Below are positions 30,465-40,956 of a stretch of DNA of 47,010 bases, piece by piece (the first letter of the stretch is position 1; each line of letters starts with the position of its first letter). A model generated the notes under the pieces. It ran no database searches. It was given only the letters and a program-made list of their open reading frames with translations, and had not been told where the DNA came from. The stretch covers positions 1-47,010 of the forward strand of contig JBBIVV010000017.1 of NCBI GenBank assembly GCA_037439545.1, written 5' to 3'. The translations under genes and the position numbers were made by a program. The stretch comes from a bacterium. GTDB taxonomy: Bacteria > JAMCPX01.

Positions 30465-32318
30465 ATGATAGAGGTAGATAAAACCATCCATGAAAAGCTC
30501 GGGTTGGTCCCAAGGCAGCCCGGAGTCTATATATTCAAAAATGCCGGTGATGATGTCCTTTATGTCGGCAAAGCTGTTGATCTTAACGGCAGGGTAAAGG
30601 CGTATTTCACCGCATCACCAGACACCCGTCCTTTCATTAATTTCCTCAAACCGCGTATAAAGCGTCTCGAATTCGTACTCACGGATACGGAGAAAGAAGC
30701 GCTTCTGCTCGAAAACAACCTTATCAAAAAATACAAGCCGAAATACAACATACGGCTGAAGGATGATAAGACCTATGTCAACATACGGATCTCCGCTAAG
30801 CATAAATTCCCGGGCATACAAGTCGTAAGGAAGCCGGTCAAAGATGGATCGATAATCTTCGGTCCTTATTCATCCGCTTCTGCTGCACGGGAGACCGTAA
30901 AGCTTATAACAGGCCTTTTTATGCTGCGAACATGCAGTGATGCAGAACTGAGCAACAGGATTAGACCATGTCTTAAGTATCAGATAAAAAAATGTTCGGC
31001 ACCCTGCGTCAGTTACATTTCACAGGACGACTATGGCATGTCTGTCAAACAGGCAAAACTGTTTCTCGAGGGGAGGATTGGCACGGTCCTGAAGGAACTT
31101 AAAGCAAAGATGGCAACAGAGGCAGGAAATCAGCATTATGAAAAAGCAGCGCAGATAAGGGATCTCATTTTTAATATAGAGAAGACCTTAGAACAGCAAA
31201 ATGTTGCTATGACGAGGGCTGTGGACATAGATATTTTCACCATGGCGTATGAGGGACAGTCAGTCGCCGTAAACGGGCTTTTTATCCGCAGCGGACAACT
31301 GCTCAATTCCGTGAACTACCTGTTTCGTGACACAGTGCTGGATAGGGAGGAACTGATAAGTTCAATGATCAGCCAGTACTACGAAAACGGACATTTTATA
31401 CCCGATTATATTTATCTGCCTTTCCCAATGACCGATATGCCTGTCGTCCAGTCGAGATTATCGGATTTAAAAGGGAATACCGTAACTATTGTCGTACCGA
31501 AGACAGGGAGAAAACAGGAGCTGCTTGAATTATCGGCAAAGAATGCAGCAGAATACCTTCATATGTCCCTGCAAAAAGAAGCTGCATCACTATCCGCTAT
31601 CGAGCAGTTGAGCGGTGTATTACATCTTAAGGGTCCGCCCTCATCAATAGAATGTTTTGATAATTCGAACATCATGGGCACGAACAGCGTGTCGTCCATG
31701 GTGAGGTTCGAGAACGGAGTGCCGGTAAAATCAAAATACAGGCATTACAGGCTCAGAGAATTCAATATGCCCGATGATTATGCAATGATGCATGAGGTGC
31801 TTTCGAGGAGGTTCAAGGACAGGGAAGATGTTCCGTCACTCGTTATCGTAGACGGCGGCAAGGGCCAGTTGAGTATGGCACTCGATGTTCTCGGGGAACT
31901 CGGTATCGCATCTTCTCCCGAAGGCACGGATGTCATCGGTATTGCAAAGCTGCACAAGGATACTGCACTCCGGCAGGCTGGCAGGCACGGTATTGATAAA
32001 GACGAGGACAGGATATACCTGCCGAACAGAAAAGAGCCGTTGAACCTCGCACCCGGTTCAGCACCGCTTATGCTTTTAAAACGTATAAGGGATGAGGCAC
32101 ACAGGTTTGCAATTACGTATCACAGAAAATTAAGATCAAAGGCAGGACTTGCGTCCGAGCTTGACGGCATTGCAGGTGTTTCAGAAAAAAGAAAAAGGCT
32201 CTTGCTGTCAATATTTGCGAGCGTTGACGAGATCAGAAATGCAATGCCGGAGGAGATTGCAGCACGCACCGGTATACCTATACGTGTTGCAAAGGAGATA
32301 CACGAACATCTGACATAG
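30465..32318 (+). CDS. uvrC: Excinuclease ABC subunit C
   Basis: PGVY, YVGKA, PKYNIRLKDDK, ECFDNS, VDGGKGQ, RDEAHRFA. Confidence 0.97.
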   Translation: MIEVDKTIHEKLGLVPRQPGVYIFKNAGDDVLYVGKAVDLNGRVKAYFTASPDTRPFINFLKPRIKRLEFVLTDTEKEALLLENNLIKKYKPKYNIRLKDDKTYVNIRISAKHKFPGIQVVRKPVKDGSIIFGPYSSASAARETVKLITGLFMLRTCSDAELSNRIRPCLKYQIKKCSAPCVSYISQDDYGMSVKQAKLFLEGRIGTVLKELKAKMATEAGNQHYEKAAQIRDLIFNIEKTLEQQNVAMTRAVDIDIFTMAYEGQSVAVNGLFIRSGQLLNSVNYLFRDTVLDREELISSMISQYYENGHFIPDYIYLPFPMTDMPVVQSRLSDLKGNTVTIVVPKTGRKQELLELSAKNAAEYLHMSLQKEAASLSAIEQLSGVLHLKGPPSSIECFDNSNIMGTNSVSSMVRFENGVPVKSKYRHYRLREFNMPDDYAMMHEVLSRRFKDREDVPSLVIVDGGKGQLSMALDVLGELGIASSPEGTDVIGIAKLHKDTALRQAGRHGIDKDEDRIYLPNRKEPLNLAPGSAPLMLLKRIRDEAHRFAITYHRKLRSKAGLASELDGIAGVSEKRKRLLLSIFASVDEIRNAMPEEIAARTGIPIRVAKEIHEHLT

Positions 32319-32369
32319 CAAGGCTTGCTCAAATTAAGATAGAGGAAACGGACTGTTCAATTTTTATGA

Positions 32370-32398
32370 TTGCCTATTATATTTTGTCTTACTATAGT
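32370..32398 (+). promoter_or_regulatory. Sigma70-type promoter of the aldo/keto reductase gene
   Basis: TTGCCT-N17-TATAGT followed by AAGGAGG RBS. Confidence 0.55.
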
Positions 32399-32418
32399 AT
32401 ATTAAAAAGGAGGTTTCT

Positions 32419-33441
32419 ATGGGCATGGAATATATAAATCTTGGGAGTACAGGATTGATAGTTTCCAGACTCTGCTTTGGAGCTATGACCTTTGGCCAGA
32501 GCCAGTGGAAGCTCGCAGGTGTCGATCAGAAGCTCGCCGATGAGATGGTCAATACGGTAGTGGATCACGGTATAAATTTCTTCGATACAGCGGACGTATA
32601 CAGTTTAGGACAATCAGAAGAGATGCTCGGAAAGGCGCTTGGCTCAAAGAGACAGAATGTGGTCATTGCCACAAAGGTGAGGGGCAGGGTCGGCACGGGG
32701 CATAACGATGCAGGTCTCAGCAGGAGGCACATATTCGATGCGATTGATAAGAGCCTTAAAAGGTTAGGTACGGACTATATTGATCTGTATCAGGTGCATG
32801 GATGGGATGTACTGACGCCGCTTGAAGAAACAATGATCGCCCTCGGTGATCTCGTACGATCCGGCAAGGTGCGGTACATAGGTTTTTCAAACTACGCTGC
32901 GTGGCAGGCAGCACTCAGCATAGGCATATCCGACAGGTTGTCTGCCGCACGGTTTCAGACAGCACAAATGCACTACAGCCTGCTTTGCAGGGACATCGAG
33001 CATGAAGTGGTGCCTCTGTGCCTGAACAAAGGGATAGGTATACTGCCATGGAGCCCGCTCTCAGGAGGTTTTTTAAGCGGAAAATACAGGAAAGATGCAG
33101 AACCGGTCCCCGGCACGCGTATCGGCGACAGGGGGATGTGGTTTCCTCCATTTGACAAAGAACTCGGATTCAAACTTGTAGATGTATTAAAAGAAGTCGG
33201 TTCTAAAACAAAAGCAACACCGTCTCAGCTCTCGCTTGCGTGGCTGCTGAAAAAGCCAGGCGTAACCTCAATCATAATAGGTGCAAGGAATATGGACCAG
33301 TTAAAGGATAATCTGCAGAGTATGGAGGTTAAGCTTAATGAGCAGGATTTTAATAGGCTCGAAGACTTAACAGCACCAAAACCTCTTTATCCAAACTGGA
33401 TGATACAGTTTCAAGGTCAGGACAGGCTTCCGAAGAAATAA
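32419..33441 (+). CDS. Aldo/keto reductase
   Basis: FDTADVY, IATK, DYIDLYQVH, GKVRYIGFSN, WSPLSGGFL. Confidence 0.95.
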   Translation: MGMEYINLGSTGLIVSRLCFGAMTFGQSQWKLAGVDQKLADEMVNTVVDHGINFFDTADVYSLGQSEEMLGKALGSKRQNVVIATKVRGRVGTGHNDAGLSRRHIFDAIDKSLKRLGTDYIDLYQVHGWDVLTPLEETMIALGDLVRSGKVRYIGFSNYAAWQAALSIGISDRLSAARFQTAQMHYSLLCRDIEHEVVPLCLNKGIGILPWSPLSGGFLSGKYRKDAEPVPGTRIGDRGMWFPPFDKELGFKLVDVLKEVGSKTKATPSQLSLAWLLKKPGVTSIIIGARNMDQLKDNLQSMEVKLNEQDFNRLEDLTAPKPLYPNWMIQFQGQDRLPKK

Positions 33442-33473
33442 AAATTACCTGTCCCGCAAAAATAAAAAGTCTG

Positions 33474-33510
33474 TAAAGGGGCGATTCACAGAGTCGCCCC
33501 TTTAACTTTT
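33474..33510 (+). terminator. Strong hairpin (intrinsic terminator or REP-like palindrome)
   Basis: TAAAGGGGCGATTC-ACA-GAGTCGCCCCTTTA followed by ACTTTT. Confidence 0.7.
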
Positions 33511-33602
33511 AGCCGCATCATATGATAAAAGATACTTCTTTAAAGCTTGCTTTTCGTGAATATCTTCATAATAATGATTCAGATAAAAAGGCTGAGAGAC
33601 AT

Positions 33603-33824
33603 ATGAAACAGTTGAGGGAACTTATAGGAAAGAATGTAGAGGTTATTGCAAACGGCGTTGTGTACCAGGGTGTTTTGAAGGATGCTTCGGATACGGCAGT
33701 GAGCATACTTTCAACCTCAGGCTGGCTTGAGATCATGATGTCATCCATAAGCAGGATCAGTGAAGCAGGTGCTCAAGTGTTCCAGCCCATTGATATTGAC
33801 CCGTCGTTTTATAATGATAAATAA
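33603..33824 (+). CDS. Small hypothetical protein, possible Sm/Lsm-like fold
   Basis: LRELIGKNVEV...GVVYQGVL pattern resembles the Sm1 motif; 73 aa. Confidence 0.5.
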   Translation: MKQLRELIGKNVEVIANGVVYQGVLKDASDTAVSILSTSGWLEIMMSSISRISEAGAQVFQPIDIDPSFYNDK

Positions 33825-33847
33825 AAGAGCAAGAGGAGAATAAAACA

Positions 33848-35293
33848 GTGAAGATATTTTCAGGCACAGGAGATTATAATAAAGCTCAGGCAGAACTTAA
33901 GATCCATGCATACTTCAAAGATGAGGTGAATGTCATGCTCAGGGTATTGCCTTCAGGCATTGCAAAGCATATTAAGCCGCAATTAAAAGATATAAAGAAC
34001 GGATTCAGGTTTCTCGGCGAAGACGGCGTATGGCATGCTTTCATAAAGCTCGATGAAGTTAAACAAATAACGGTGGAATCATTCAGAAGGCTTGGTGCCG
34101 GTGCGGTAAAAGAGACAGACGCTGTTCACGCGAAAAAGACCGTTATCATTATACCAACGGACAGTGTAGAAATGGATAAAGCGGTCTATGCCTTAACAGA
34201 GGGCATGGTGCTCAGCATATATGATTATAACGATCTGAAGACATCGAAGAAAAACAGCTCGAACGGCTCAGTATCAATCTACAGTCTCGACAGGACTAAA
34301 ATCCCACAGAAAGTTATTGAACGTGCCATTCGGGTCGCTGAAGCAACAAATGAAGCACGCAGGCTTGCTGACACGCCGAGCAACATGATGACACCTGCCA
34401 TATTTGCGGCCATAGTTTCCGCAAAGGCAAGGAAAGAAGGTGTCAGGGTTAAGGTACTCGACAAAGCACTCCTTGAAAAGATGGGGTGGGGCGCATTCCT
34501 CGGCGTTGCACGCGGTAGTTTTGAGCCGCCAAAGGTTATAGTACTTGAATACAAGGCATCGGGGAAACCCGACACGCATGTTATTGTGGGCAAAGGCATT
34601 ACGTTTGACAGCGGCGGTATATCGATAAAGCCGAGCAATGGTATGGAGGATATGAAATTTGACATGGCAGGTGCTGCCGCAGTTGCAATGACAACCATAC
34701 TTGCAGCGAGACTCAGAATGCCGTTAAACCTTATTGCTGTAATTCCCCTCACAGAGAACATGCCGGGTGGAAAGGCGCAAAAGCCGGGTGATGTAGTAAA
34801 AACTCTCTCGGGAAAAACGGTGGAGATTATATCGACTGATGCAGAAGGCAGGCTGATCCTTGCAGATGCGCTTTACTATGCCGTTAAAACATACAAGCCA
34901 AAGTCGATTATCGACCTTGCGACACTCACCGGTGCCTGTGTAGTTGCACTCGGGAGCGAGGCAAGCGGCATCATGGGGACTGACGAAGGACTCATGAACG
35001 GACTTATACATGCAGGTGAACAGAGTGGAGACAGGCTCTGGAAGCTTCCTTTATGGGACGATTATAAGGATATGATAAAAAGCGATGTTGCTGACATGAA
35101 GAATGCCGGTTCACGCTGGGGAGGCGCAATACAGGGAGGCATTTTTTTAAAGGAGTTTGTGCAGGATGCAAAATGGGCACACATCGATATTGCAGGCACC
35201 GCATATCTTGACAAACCGAAGTATTACTTCAGGAAGGGAGCGACCGGTGCCGGAGTGAGGTTGCTTATTGAATACTTTTCCGACAAAGGTTGA
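33848..35293 (+). CDS. pepA: Leucyl aminopeptidase (M17)
   Basis: GKGITFDSGG, MKFDMAG, TDAEGRL, DLATLTGA, HIDIAG. Confidence 0.95.
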   Translation: MKIFSGTGDYNKAQAELKIHAYFKDEVNVMLRVLPSGIAKHIKPQLKDIKNGFRFLGEDGVWHAFIKLDEVKQITVESFRRLGAGAVKETDAVHAKKTVIIIPTDSVEMDKAVYALTEGMVLSIYDYNDLKTSKKNSSNGSVSIYSLDRTKIPQKVIERAIRVAEATNEARRLADTPSNMMTPAIFAAIVSAKARKEGVRVKVLDKALLEKMGWGAFLGVARGSFEPPKVIVLEYKASGKPDTHVIVGKGITFDSGGISIKPSNGMEDMKFDMAGAAAVAMTTILAARLRMPLNLIAVIPLTENMPGGKAQKPGDVVKTLSGKTVEIISTDAEGRLILADALYYAVKTYKPKSIIDLATLTGACVVALGSEASGIMGTDEGLMNGLIHAGEQSGDRLWKLPLWDDYKDMIKSDVADMKNAGSRWGGAIQGGIFLKEFVQDAKWAHIDIAGTAYLDKPKYYFRKGATGAGVRLLIEYFSDKG

Positions 35294-35307
35294 GAGGGAA
35301 GTATCCG

Positions 35308-35838
35308 ATGATAACGGGTCCGGGACTCATCCAGGTCTACACAGGGGACGGTAAAGGCAAGACCACTGCGTCCCTCGGTCTTGCGTTAAGAGCAGCAGGT
35401 CACGGCTACAAAACGATAGTAATACAGTTTATGAAGGGTAAGATAGACTATGGGGAGCTCAAGGCGCAAAAGATGCTCGAACCTTATTTCAAAATTGTGC
35501 AGGCAGGGGGGCCGCATTTTATAAAGAAGGGCAGCCCTTCAGGGGAGGACATAAAAATGGCACACGATGGGATTGAAACGGCAATGAAAGCCTTCTCGGA
35601 AGGCACGTATGATATTGTTATACTCGATGAACTGAATGTCGCCATTGATTTTGGTCTCATTACCATAAAAGAAGCGATTGATCTCATAGCGCAAAAGCCT
35701 TCACCGGTTGAACTTATAATAACAGGCAGGTATGCAAAGCAGGAGATTATTGACAGGGCAGACCTTGTTACCGAAATGAAAGAGATCAAGCATTATTATC
35801 ATAAAGGGATACAGGCAAGAGATGGCATTGAAAAATAA
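35308..35838 (+). CDS. btuR: Cob(I)alamin adenosyltransferase (BtuR/CobO)
   Basis: [33 protein letters not shown]. Confidence 0.93.
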   Translation: MITGPGLIQVYTGDGKGKTTASLGLALRAAGHGYKTIVIQFMKGKIDYGELKAQKMLEPYFKIVQAGGPHFIKKGSPSGEDIKMAHDGIETAMKAFSEGTYDIVILDELNVAIDFGLITIKEAIDLIAQKPSPVELIITGRYAKQEIIDRADLVTEMKEIKHYYHKGIQARDGIEK

Positions 35839-37456
35839 AATTAAGGATAAAGAAAAATCCCCGGGCAAGCAGCAGAAGAGATACTCGACCCTGTCTGACA
35901 AAGAACTGAAGCCGCTCTACATGCCTGAGGACCTGCAGCACTCCGCTTATGATGAAAAACTTGGTTTGCCGGGCGAGTATCCTTATACGCGTGGTGTGTA
36001 TGAAAACATGTACAGGGGCAGACTGTGGACCATGAGACAGTTCGCCGGTTTCGGAACCGCTGAAGAGACGAACAACCGGTACAAGTATTTGCTTGCCCAT
36101 GGACAGACAGGTCTTTCTGTTGCATTCCACATGCCGACGATCATGGGGTATGATTCCGACCATCCGAGATCAGCAGGGGAGGTCGGCAAGTGCGGTGTTG
36201 CAATCGATACGCTCAAGGACATGGAAATATTGTTCGATGGTATTCCGCTTGACCGTATAACGACATCCATGACCATCAATGCGCCTGCAATTGTCCTGTT
36301 TGCGATGTACATAGCGGTTGCCGAGAAGCAGGGTGTCAGCAGTGAGGTTATAAGCGGTACCATACAGAATGATATACTGAAAGAGTACATAGCTCAGAAA
36401 TCATGGATATACCCGCCTGAGCCGTCCATGCGTATCATTACGGATATATTCGAGTACTGCACAAAACATGTTCCGAGATGGAACACGATAAGCATAAGCG
36501 GTTATCATATCAGAGAGGCCGGTTCAACGGCTGTACAGGAACTTGCCTTTACCCTTGCAGACGGCATTGCGTATGTAAAGGCCGGCATAGATCGCGGGTT
36601 CGATGTCGACGAATTTGCTCCAAGGCTCTCATTTTTCTTCGATGCTCATATAGATTTTTTCGAAGAGATTGCAAAGTTTCGCGCTGCAAGAAGGATATGG
36701 GCAAAGATCATGAAAGAAAGATTCAATGCACGCAAGCCTGAATCATTGCGATTGAGGTTTCACACTCAAACGGCGGGATGCAGTCTTGTAGCACAGCAGC
36801 CGATGAATAATATTGTCCGTGTGACGCTTCAGGCACTTTCTGCCGTGCTGGGAGGCACACAATCACTTCATACGAATTCAATGGACGAGACACTCGCTTT
36901 GCCGACGGAGCAGGCGGCTACCGTTGCACTGCGCACCCAGCAGATCATTGCAGAAGAAAGCGGTGCTTCACATGTCATAGACCCGCTTGGGGGCTCTTAT
37001 TTTATTGAGAAGCTCACCGACGAGATGGAGGAAGATGCATGGGCGTATATAAACAAGATCGATCAAATGGGCGGCATAATACCGGCCATAGAGCGGGGTT
37101 ATCCCCAAATGGAAATAGCCGATGCAGCGTACCGGTATCAGCGGCAGGTGGACAGCACGCAGAAGGTCGTAGTCGGAGTAAACAAGTATAAGATGGAAGA
37201 AAAGGACACCATACCTACGTTGATCATCTCTCCTGATGTCGAGCAGAGGCAGATAGAAAGGACAACGGCAATGAAGGCACAGCGGGACAATAAGAAAGTT
37301 GAAAGGGCGCTGGATGGATTAAGAAATGCCGCACAGGGCAAAGACAACCTTGTGCCGCTTGTGCTCGAAGCTGTTAAAGCCTATGCCTCTATAGGAGAGA
37401 TCATGGATGTGATGAGGATGGTATTCGGCGAGTACAGGGACCCGGCACTATTTTAG
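35822..37456 (+). CDS. B12-dependent acyl-CoA mutase large subunit (isobutyryl-CoA mutase-like)
   Basis: [47 protein letters not shown]; no B12-binding domain. Confidence 0.9.
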   Translation: MALKNKIKDKEKSPGKQQKRYSTLSDKELKPLYMPEDLQHSAYDEKLGLPGEYPYTRGVYENMYRGRLWTMRQFAGFGTAEETNNRYKYLLAHGQTGLSVAFHMPTIMGYDSDHPRSAGEVGKCGVAIDTLKDMEILFDGIPLDRITTSMTINAPAIVLFAMYIAVAEKQGVSSEVISGTIQNDILKEYIAQKSWIYPPEPSMRIITDIFEYCTKHVPRWNTISISGYHIREAGSTAVQELAFTLADGIAYVKAGIDRGFDVDEFAPRLSFFFDAHIDFFEEIAKFRAARRIWAKIMKERFNARKPESLRLRFHTQTAGCSLVAQQPMNNIVRVTLQALSAVLGGTQSLHTNSMDETLALPTEQAATVALRTQQIIAEESGASHVIDPLGGSYFIEKLTDEMEEDAWAYINKIDQMGGIIPAIERGYPQMEIADAAYRYQRQVDSTQKVVVGVNKYKMEEKDTIPTLIISPDVEQRQIERTTAMKAQRDNKKVERALDGLRNAAQGKDNLVPLVLEAVKAYASIGEIMDVMRMVFGEYRDPALF

Positions 37457-37508
37457 TCCCCCCCAAAACTAAGCCGGTATAACGGGGTAAAGGGAATAGG
37501 AAATATAC

Positions 37509-38282
37509 ATGGAAGAGTTGAATTCAATCATCAATAAAATAGGAGTATCTGCAGCAAAGCTGGGAATTTTTGTAAGCAATAAGGCGGTCGAGAATTACCG
37601 TAAGATCGATCCTGATGTCATGCGGCATCTTGCACAGGTCCCGCTGCTGAGCTATTCGTTATTCGTTTCAAGAAAAGAAAAAATCGATGCCGGTACCCCG
37701 GATGGACACCCGCCGCTCATATTTGTCCATGGACTTGGAGGAAATCGCGGTGCCTTCCTGCTGATGTCATGGTATTTGTGGATGCACGGCCGCAAACGCA
37801 GCTACAAGATCCACTTCAAATCAGGGCAGTCTATTGAAGACATGGCAACTGCTCTCGCACATTTCATCCGTGATGTCAGAAAATCTACGGGTGAAAAGCA
37901 GGTGGAGATTATTGCACACAGCCTCGGAGGTATCATCGCGCGTCTTGCAATAACCAGATACAGACTTTCATCTTCTGTCAAGACGCTGATCACTCTCGGG
38001 ACCCCGCACCACGGGACCTATCCGGCACGCTACGCAAACACAGGCATAACAAGGGATATCAGACCCGGCAGTAAGCTTATCAAACAGATGGAGAAGGTGC
38101 GCTGGCCAAGAGGTGTCCGAGGGGTGACCTTATGGAGCAGAAATGATCTGTTCGTACTTCCTGCTGAATCGGCAGCTATGAATGGTACCGTTAGAATTGA
38201 TGTGACGCCGTTTACGCATTACAGCTATCTCATTGACCCGAAAAGCTGGGCCATTGTTACTAAAGCGCTTGCCCGTAGATAA
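37509..38282 (+). CDS. Alpha/beta hydrolase (lipase/esterase-like)
   Basis: FVHGLGG, AHSLGG nucleophile elbow, LGTPHHG. Confidence 0.85.
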   Translation: MEELNSIINKIGVSAAKLGIFVSNKAVENYRKIDPDVMRHLAQVPLLSYSLFVSRKEKIDAGTPDGHPPLIFVHGLGGNRGAFLLMSWYLWMHGRKRSYKIHFKSGQSIEDMATALAHFIRDVRKSTGEKQVEIIAHSLGGIIARLAITRYRLSSSVKTLITLGTPHHGTYPARYANTGITRDIRPGSKLIKQMEKVRWPRGVRGVTLWSRNDLFVLPAESAAMNGTVRIDVTPFTHYSYLIDPKSWAIVTKALARR

Positions 38283-38327
38283 AGGCTTGAGTTGCACTTA
38301 TAAAAGCGGCCATCTAAAACGAGTTCC

Positions 38328-39155
38328 TCATACGATATAACGATCGGAAAGTATCATAATCCGGTTGAAAAGCTTTTGTGATAAACGTTTGATGCACCAA
38401 TACATCCATGCATCCATTCCTACGGGAACAACAGCCCTGTTTTTTCTTACTGCTTTTAATACTGCTTTTGCCACGAGCTCCGGAGGTTTTCCGTGATTTT
38501 TAAAATAAGCGACGACATTTTCCCTCCTGCTTCTGGAGTCGCCTCGTGTATTTATTCTCCCGTCCGCAACGATGCGTGTATTGATGAGACCCGGACATAT
38601 CGTAGTAACGCCTATACCGTGTTTATGGACCTCCGACCGTAATGCTTCACTGAGCCCGGTGATTGCAAATTTCGCCGTTGAATAAGTTCCTGTAGCAGGC
38701 GTAGCGGCAAGCCCGAGGACGCTGGACGTATTTACAATATGACCGTAACCCTGTTTTATCATTGAGGGGAGGAAATAATGCACGCCGTAGATCACGCCCC
38801 AGAGATTGATACCCAAAAGCCACGCCCAGTCCTCAAGCGACGTGTCCTCTATTTTTCCGCCGACCGATACGCCTGCGTTATTATGCAGGATATCGACCCT
38901 GCCGAATTCTTTGAGCACAAACTGCGCCAGCATCTCAACCTGTGATTTGTCCGATACATCTGTTTGTTTGATGAAGGCTTTTGCACCCAGGGATTCTATT
39001 TCTTTTTTTACATCAATGAGTCTTTGTTCATCTTTATCTGCTATTACGACGAGCGCACCCTCCCGTGCAAAGGCGAGTGCTGTTGCTCTGCCGATACCAG
39101 ACCCCGCACCTGTTATTACAACGACCTTATTTTTAAAATCCTTAATTCCGGGCAT
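38328..39155 (-). CDS. Short-chain dehydrogenase/reductase
   Basis: TGAGSGIG, NNAG, YSTAK; AAGGAGG RBS. Confidence 0.92.
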   Translation of the reverse strand: MPGIKDFKNKVVVITGAGSGIGRATALAFAREGALVVIADKDEQRLIDVKKEIESLGAKAFIKQTDVSDKSQVEMLAQFVLKEFGRVDILHNNAGVSVGGKIEDTSLEDWAWLLGINLWGVIYGVHYFLPSMIKQGYGHIVNTSSVLGLAATPATGTYSTAKFAITGLSEALRSEVHKHGIGVTTICPGLINTRIVADGRINTRGDSRSRRENVVAYFKNHGKPPELVAKAVLKAVRKNRAVVPVGMDAWMYWCIKRLSQKLFNRIMILSDRYIV

Positions 39156-39317
39156 GTATCCTCCTTCTCCACGTGACTGCATGTGTAATTTTTTATACCA
39201 TGCTTACAGCCAGAAAGAAAGGACTGTAAAAACGAGGTGTGCGGGACACGCATGTCTGACAATTATAATCTTCTTCGTGAACGGGACCGCCCGGATTCGA
39301 ACACGCTTTTCTCGTAT

Positions 39318-40862
39318 TTAATGACCCTGCCGTTTATCCACCACATACTCTGCCTTGATACCTGTTTTTGCAAACAGAGCAGTTTCAATCGCCTTTTCAT
39401 CTTTTTCAAGAATAATTTCATCGGGTGTTAATTCTATGAACGCCTTAATCCTGTGATTCAGTGACTCCTTTATAAGATCTTCCTGTGCTGATTTTTCTAT
39501 GCTGATCCTGATCTTTACCACATCCATCGAGAACGGATCATCCGGCACTTTATTATCTATGATTATCTGAAAACTCGAGATACCCGGGACATCTCTGACT
39601 GCGGTTATAAGATCAGGCAGGAGTACTTTTGTCCCCCGTATCTTTGTAAAATCCTTGTCATATCTTACGATAGGTCCGTACATCCTCGGTATGGTAAACC
39701 CGCACCGAGGGCACCGGTCATAAAACAACCCGCCTTTAACCAGGTCGCCTGTCCAGTACCTTACGAATACAGTTCCCCGCCATCCTATGTGACTGAATAC
39801 GAGAATCCCAGGCTCACCTTGTTTAACAGGTTTTTTAGTCTCCGGATCCAACAGCTCCCAGAAGTAAAATCTGGGATCAAGATGAATGCCGCAGTCATAA
39901 TCAGGCTCCATGAAAGCCCACCGGAGCTCTGTAGAGCCATAAGAAGAAACAATTCTGAATTTAGGATGTGCACCGAGCTTCTTTACGAGCCCGAGAATAT
40001 GTGCCTCGAGCGCGGGACTCACTCCCTCGGCCCCGAGTATTGCTCCTTCGAAAAACGGCATATCCGGTATCTCTCCCTTCTCATGCATCTCAACCGCTTT
40101 CCTGAGCCAGTACACGAGATAAGAAGGTACGGACGTGATAGCGTTGAATTTCTGCTGTGCGAATATTCGGATCTGCTGATCGGTCGGGATAACCTTGCCG
40201 CCAAATGAATCGAAACTCGCACCGCCGGCAAACAGCTTTGTAAAAACGGCCTGGAAAAAGGCGAGGTGAGGTGCTCCCGGGAATGTACTGAAATTCATTT
40301 TGGTGAATGTCGCCCTCGGCGAGTCTTCCGGCAGGTCTTTCGGCTGGAGCCATACAATACCTGCAAGTTCAGGCAGGATTTTTTTCAGGTCATGATACGT
40401 GTAGACAGCAGGGGTTGGATCTCCGGTCGAACCTGCGCTTGCATGAAAGTGGATTGGCATCCACTCAAGAACTATCCTTCTTATGATTTTATCTTTAAAC
40501 ACCATGTCCCTGAATTCATGTACTCTGTCTGCCGGCAGGTTCAAAAATGCCTGCAGGATGTACTTCAAGAGCCGTCTTTTGTCTATCATCGCCGTATCAT
40601 AAGGTATCAGCGATTCCTGCGTTGGAAACTTCGGCTGAAGTATGAATGCCCTCGGATCATTCCTATACTCGTTTTTGGTGATAATGGGTAACCTGGCAAA
40701 ATCATCGTATGTCTTTATACTATCAGGATCAATGCCAAGTTCTTTATAAGTTCGCCGAAGATATGGATGGTACGGGTATACGGAATGCCGTATATAGCTC
40801 ACAAGCCTTTTGAAGCTTTTTGCCCTCTGGCTGTCCGGAGCCAGCTTAAAATATGCATGCAT
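39318..40862 (-). CDS. Phenylacetate-CoA ligase-like adenylating enzyme (divergent)
   Basis: LPIITK, ASAGSTGDP, YGSTE, ELLDPET, RYWTGD. Confidence 0.75.
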   Translation of the reverse strand: MHAYFKLAPDSQRAKSFKRLVSYIRHSVYPYHPYLRRTYKELGIDPDSIKTYDDFARLPIITKNEYRNDPRAFILQPKFPTQESLIPYDTAMIDKRRLLKYILQAFLNLPADRVHEFRDMVFKDKIIRRIVLEWMPIHFHASAGSTGDPTPAVYTYHDLKKILPELAGIVWLQPKDLPEDSPRATFTKMNFSTFPGAPHLAFFQAVFTKLFAGGASFDSFGGKVIPTDQQIRIFAQQKFNAITSVPSYLVYWLRKAVEMHEKGEIPDMPFFEGAILGAEGVSPALEAHILGLVKKLGAHPKFRIVSSYGSTELRWAFMEPDYDCGIHLDPRFYFWELLDPETKKPVKQGEPGILVFSHIGWRGTVFVRYWTGDLVKGGLFYDRCPRCGFTIPRMYGPIVRYDKDFTKIRGTKVLLPDLITAVRDVPGISSFQIIIDNKVPDDPFSMDVVKIRISIEKSAQEDLIKESLNHRIKAFIELTPDEIILEKDEKAIETALFAKTGIKAEYVVDKRQGH

Positions 40863-40956
40863 AACCCCTCCTCTGTAAGATAATAATTAAAAGGTTTTTC
40901 CCCCTTCTGTAATCATACAAAGTAAATCATGTGCAGGCGTAAATTACGCCCGTTCG

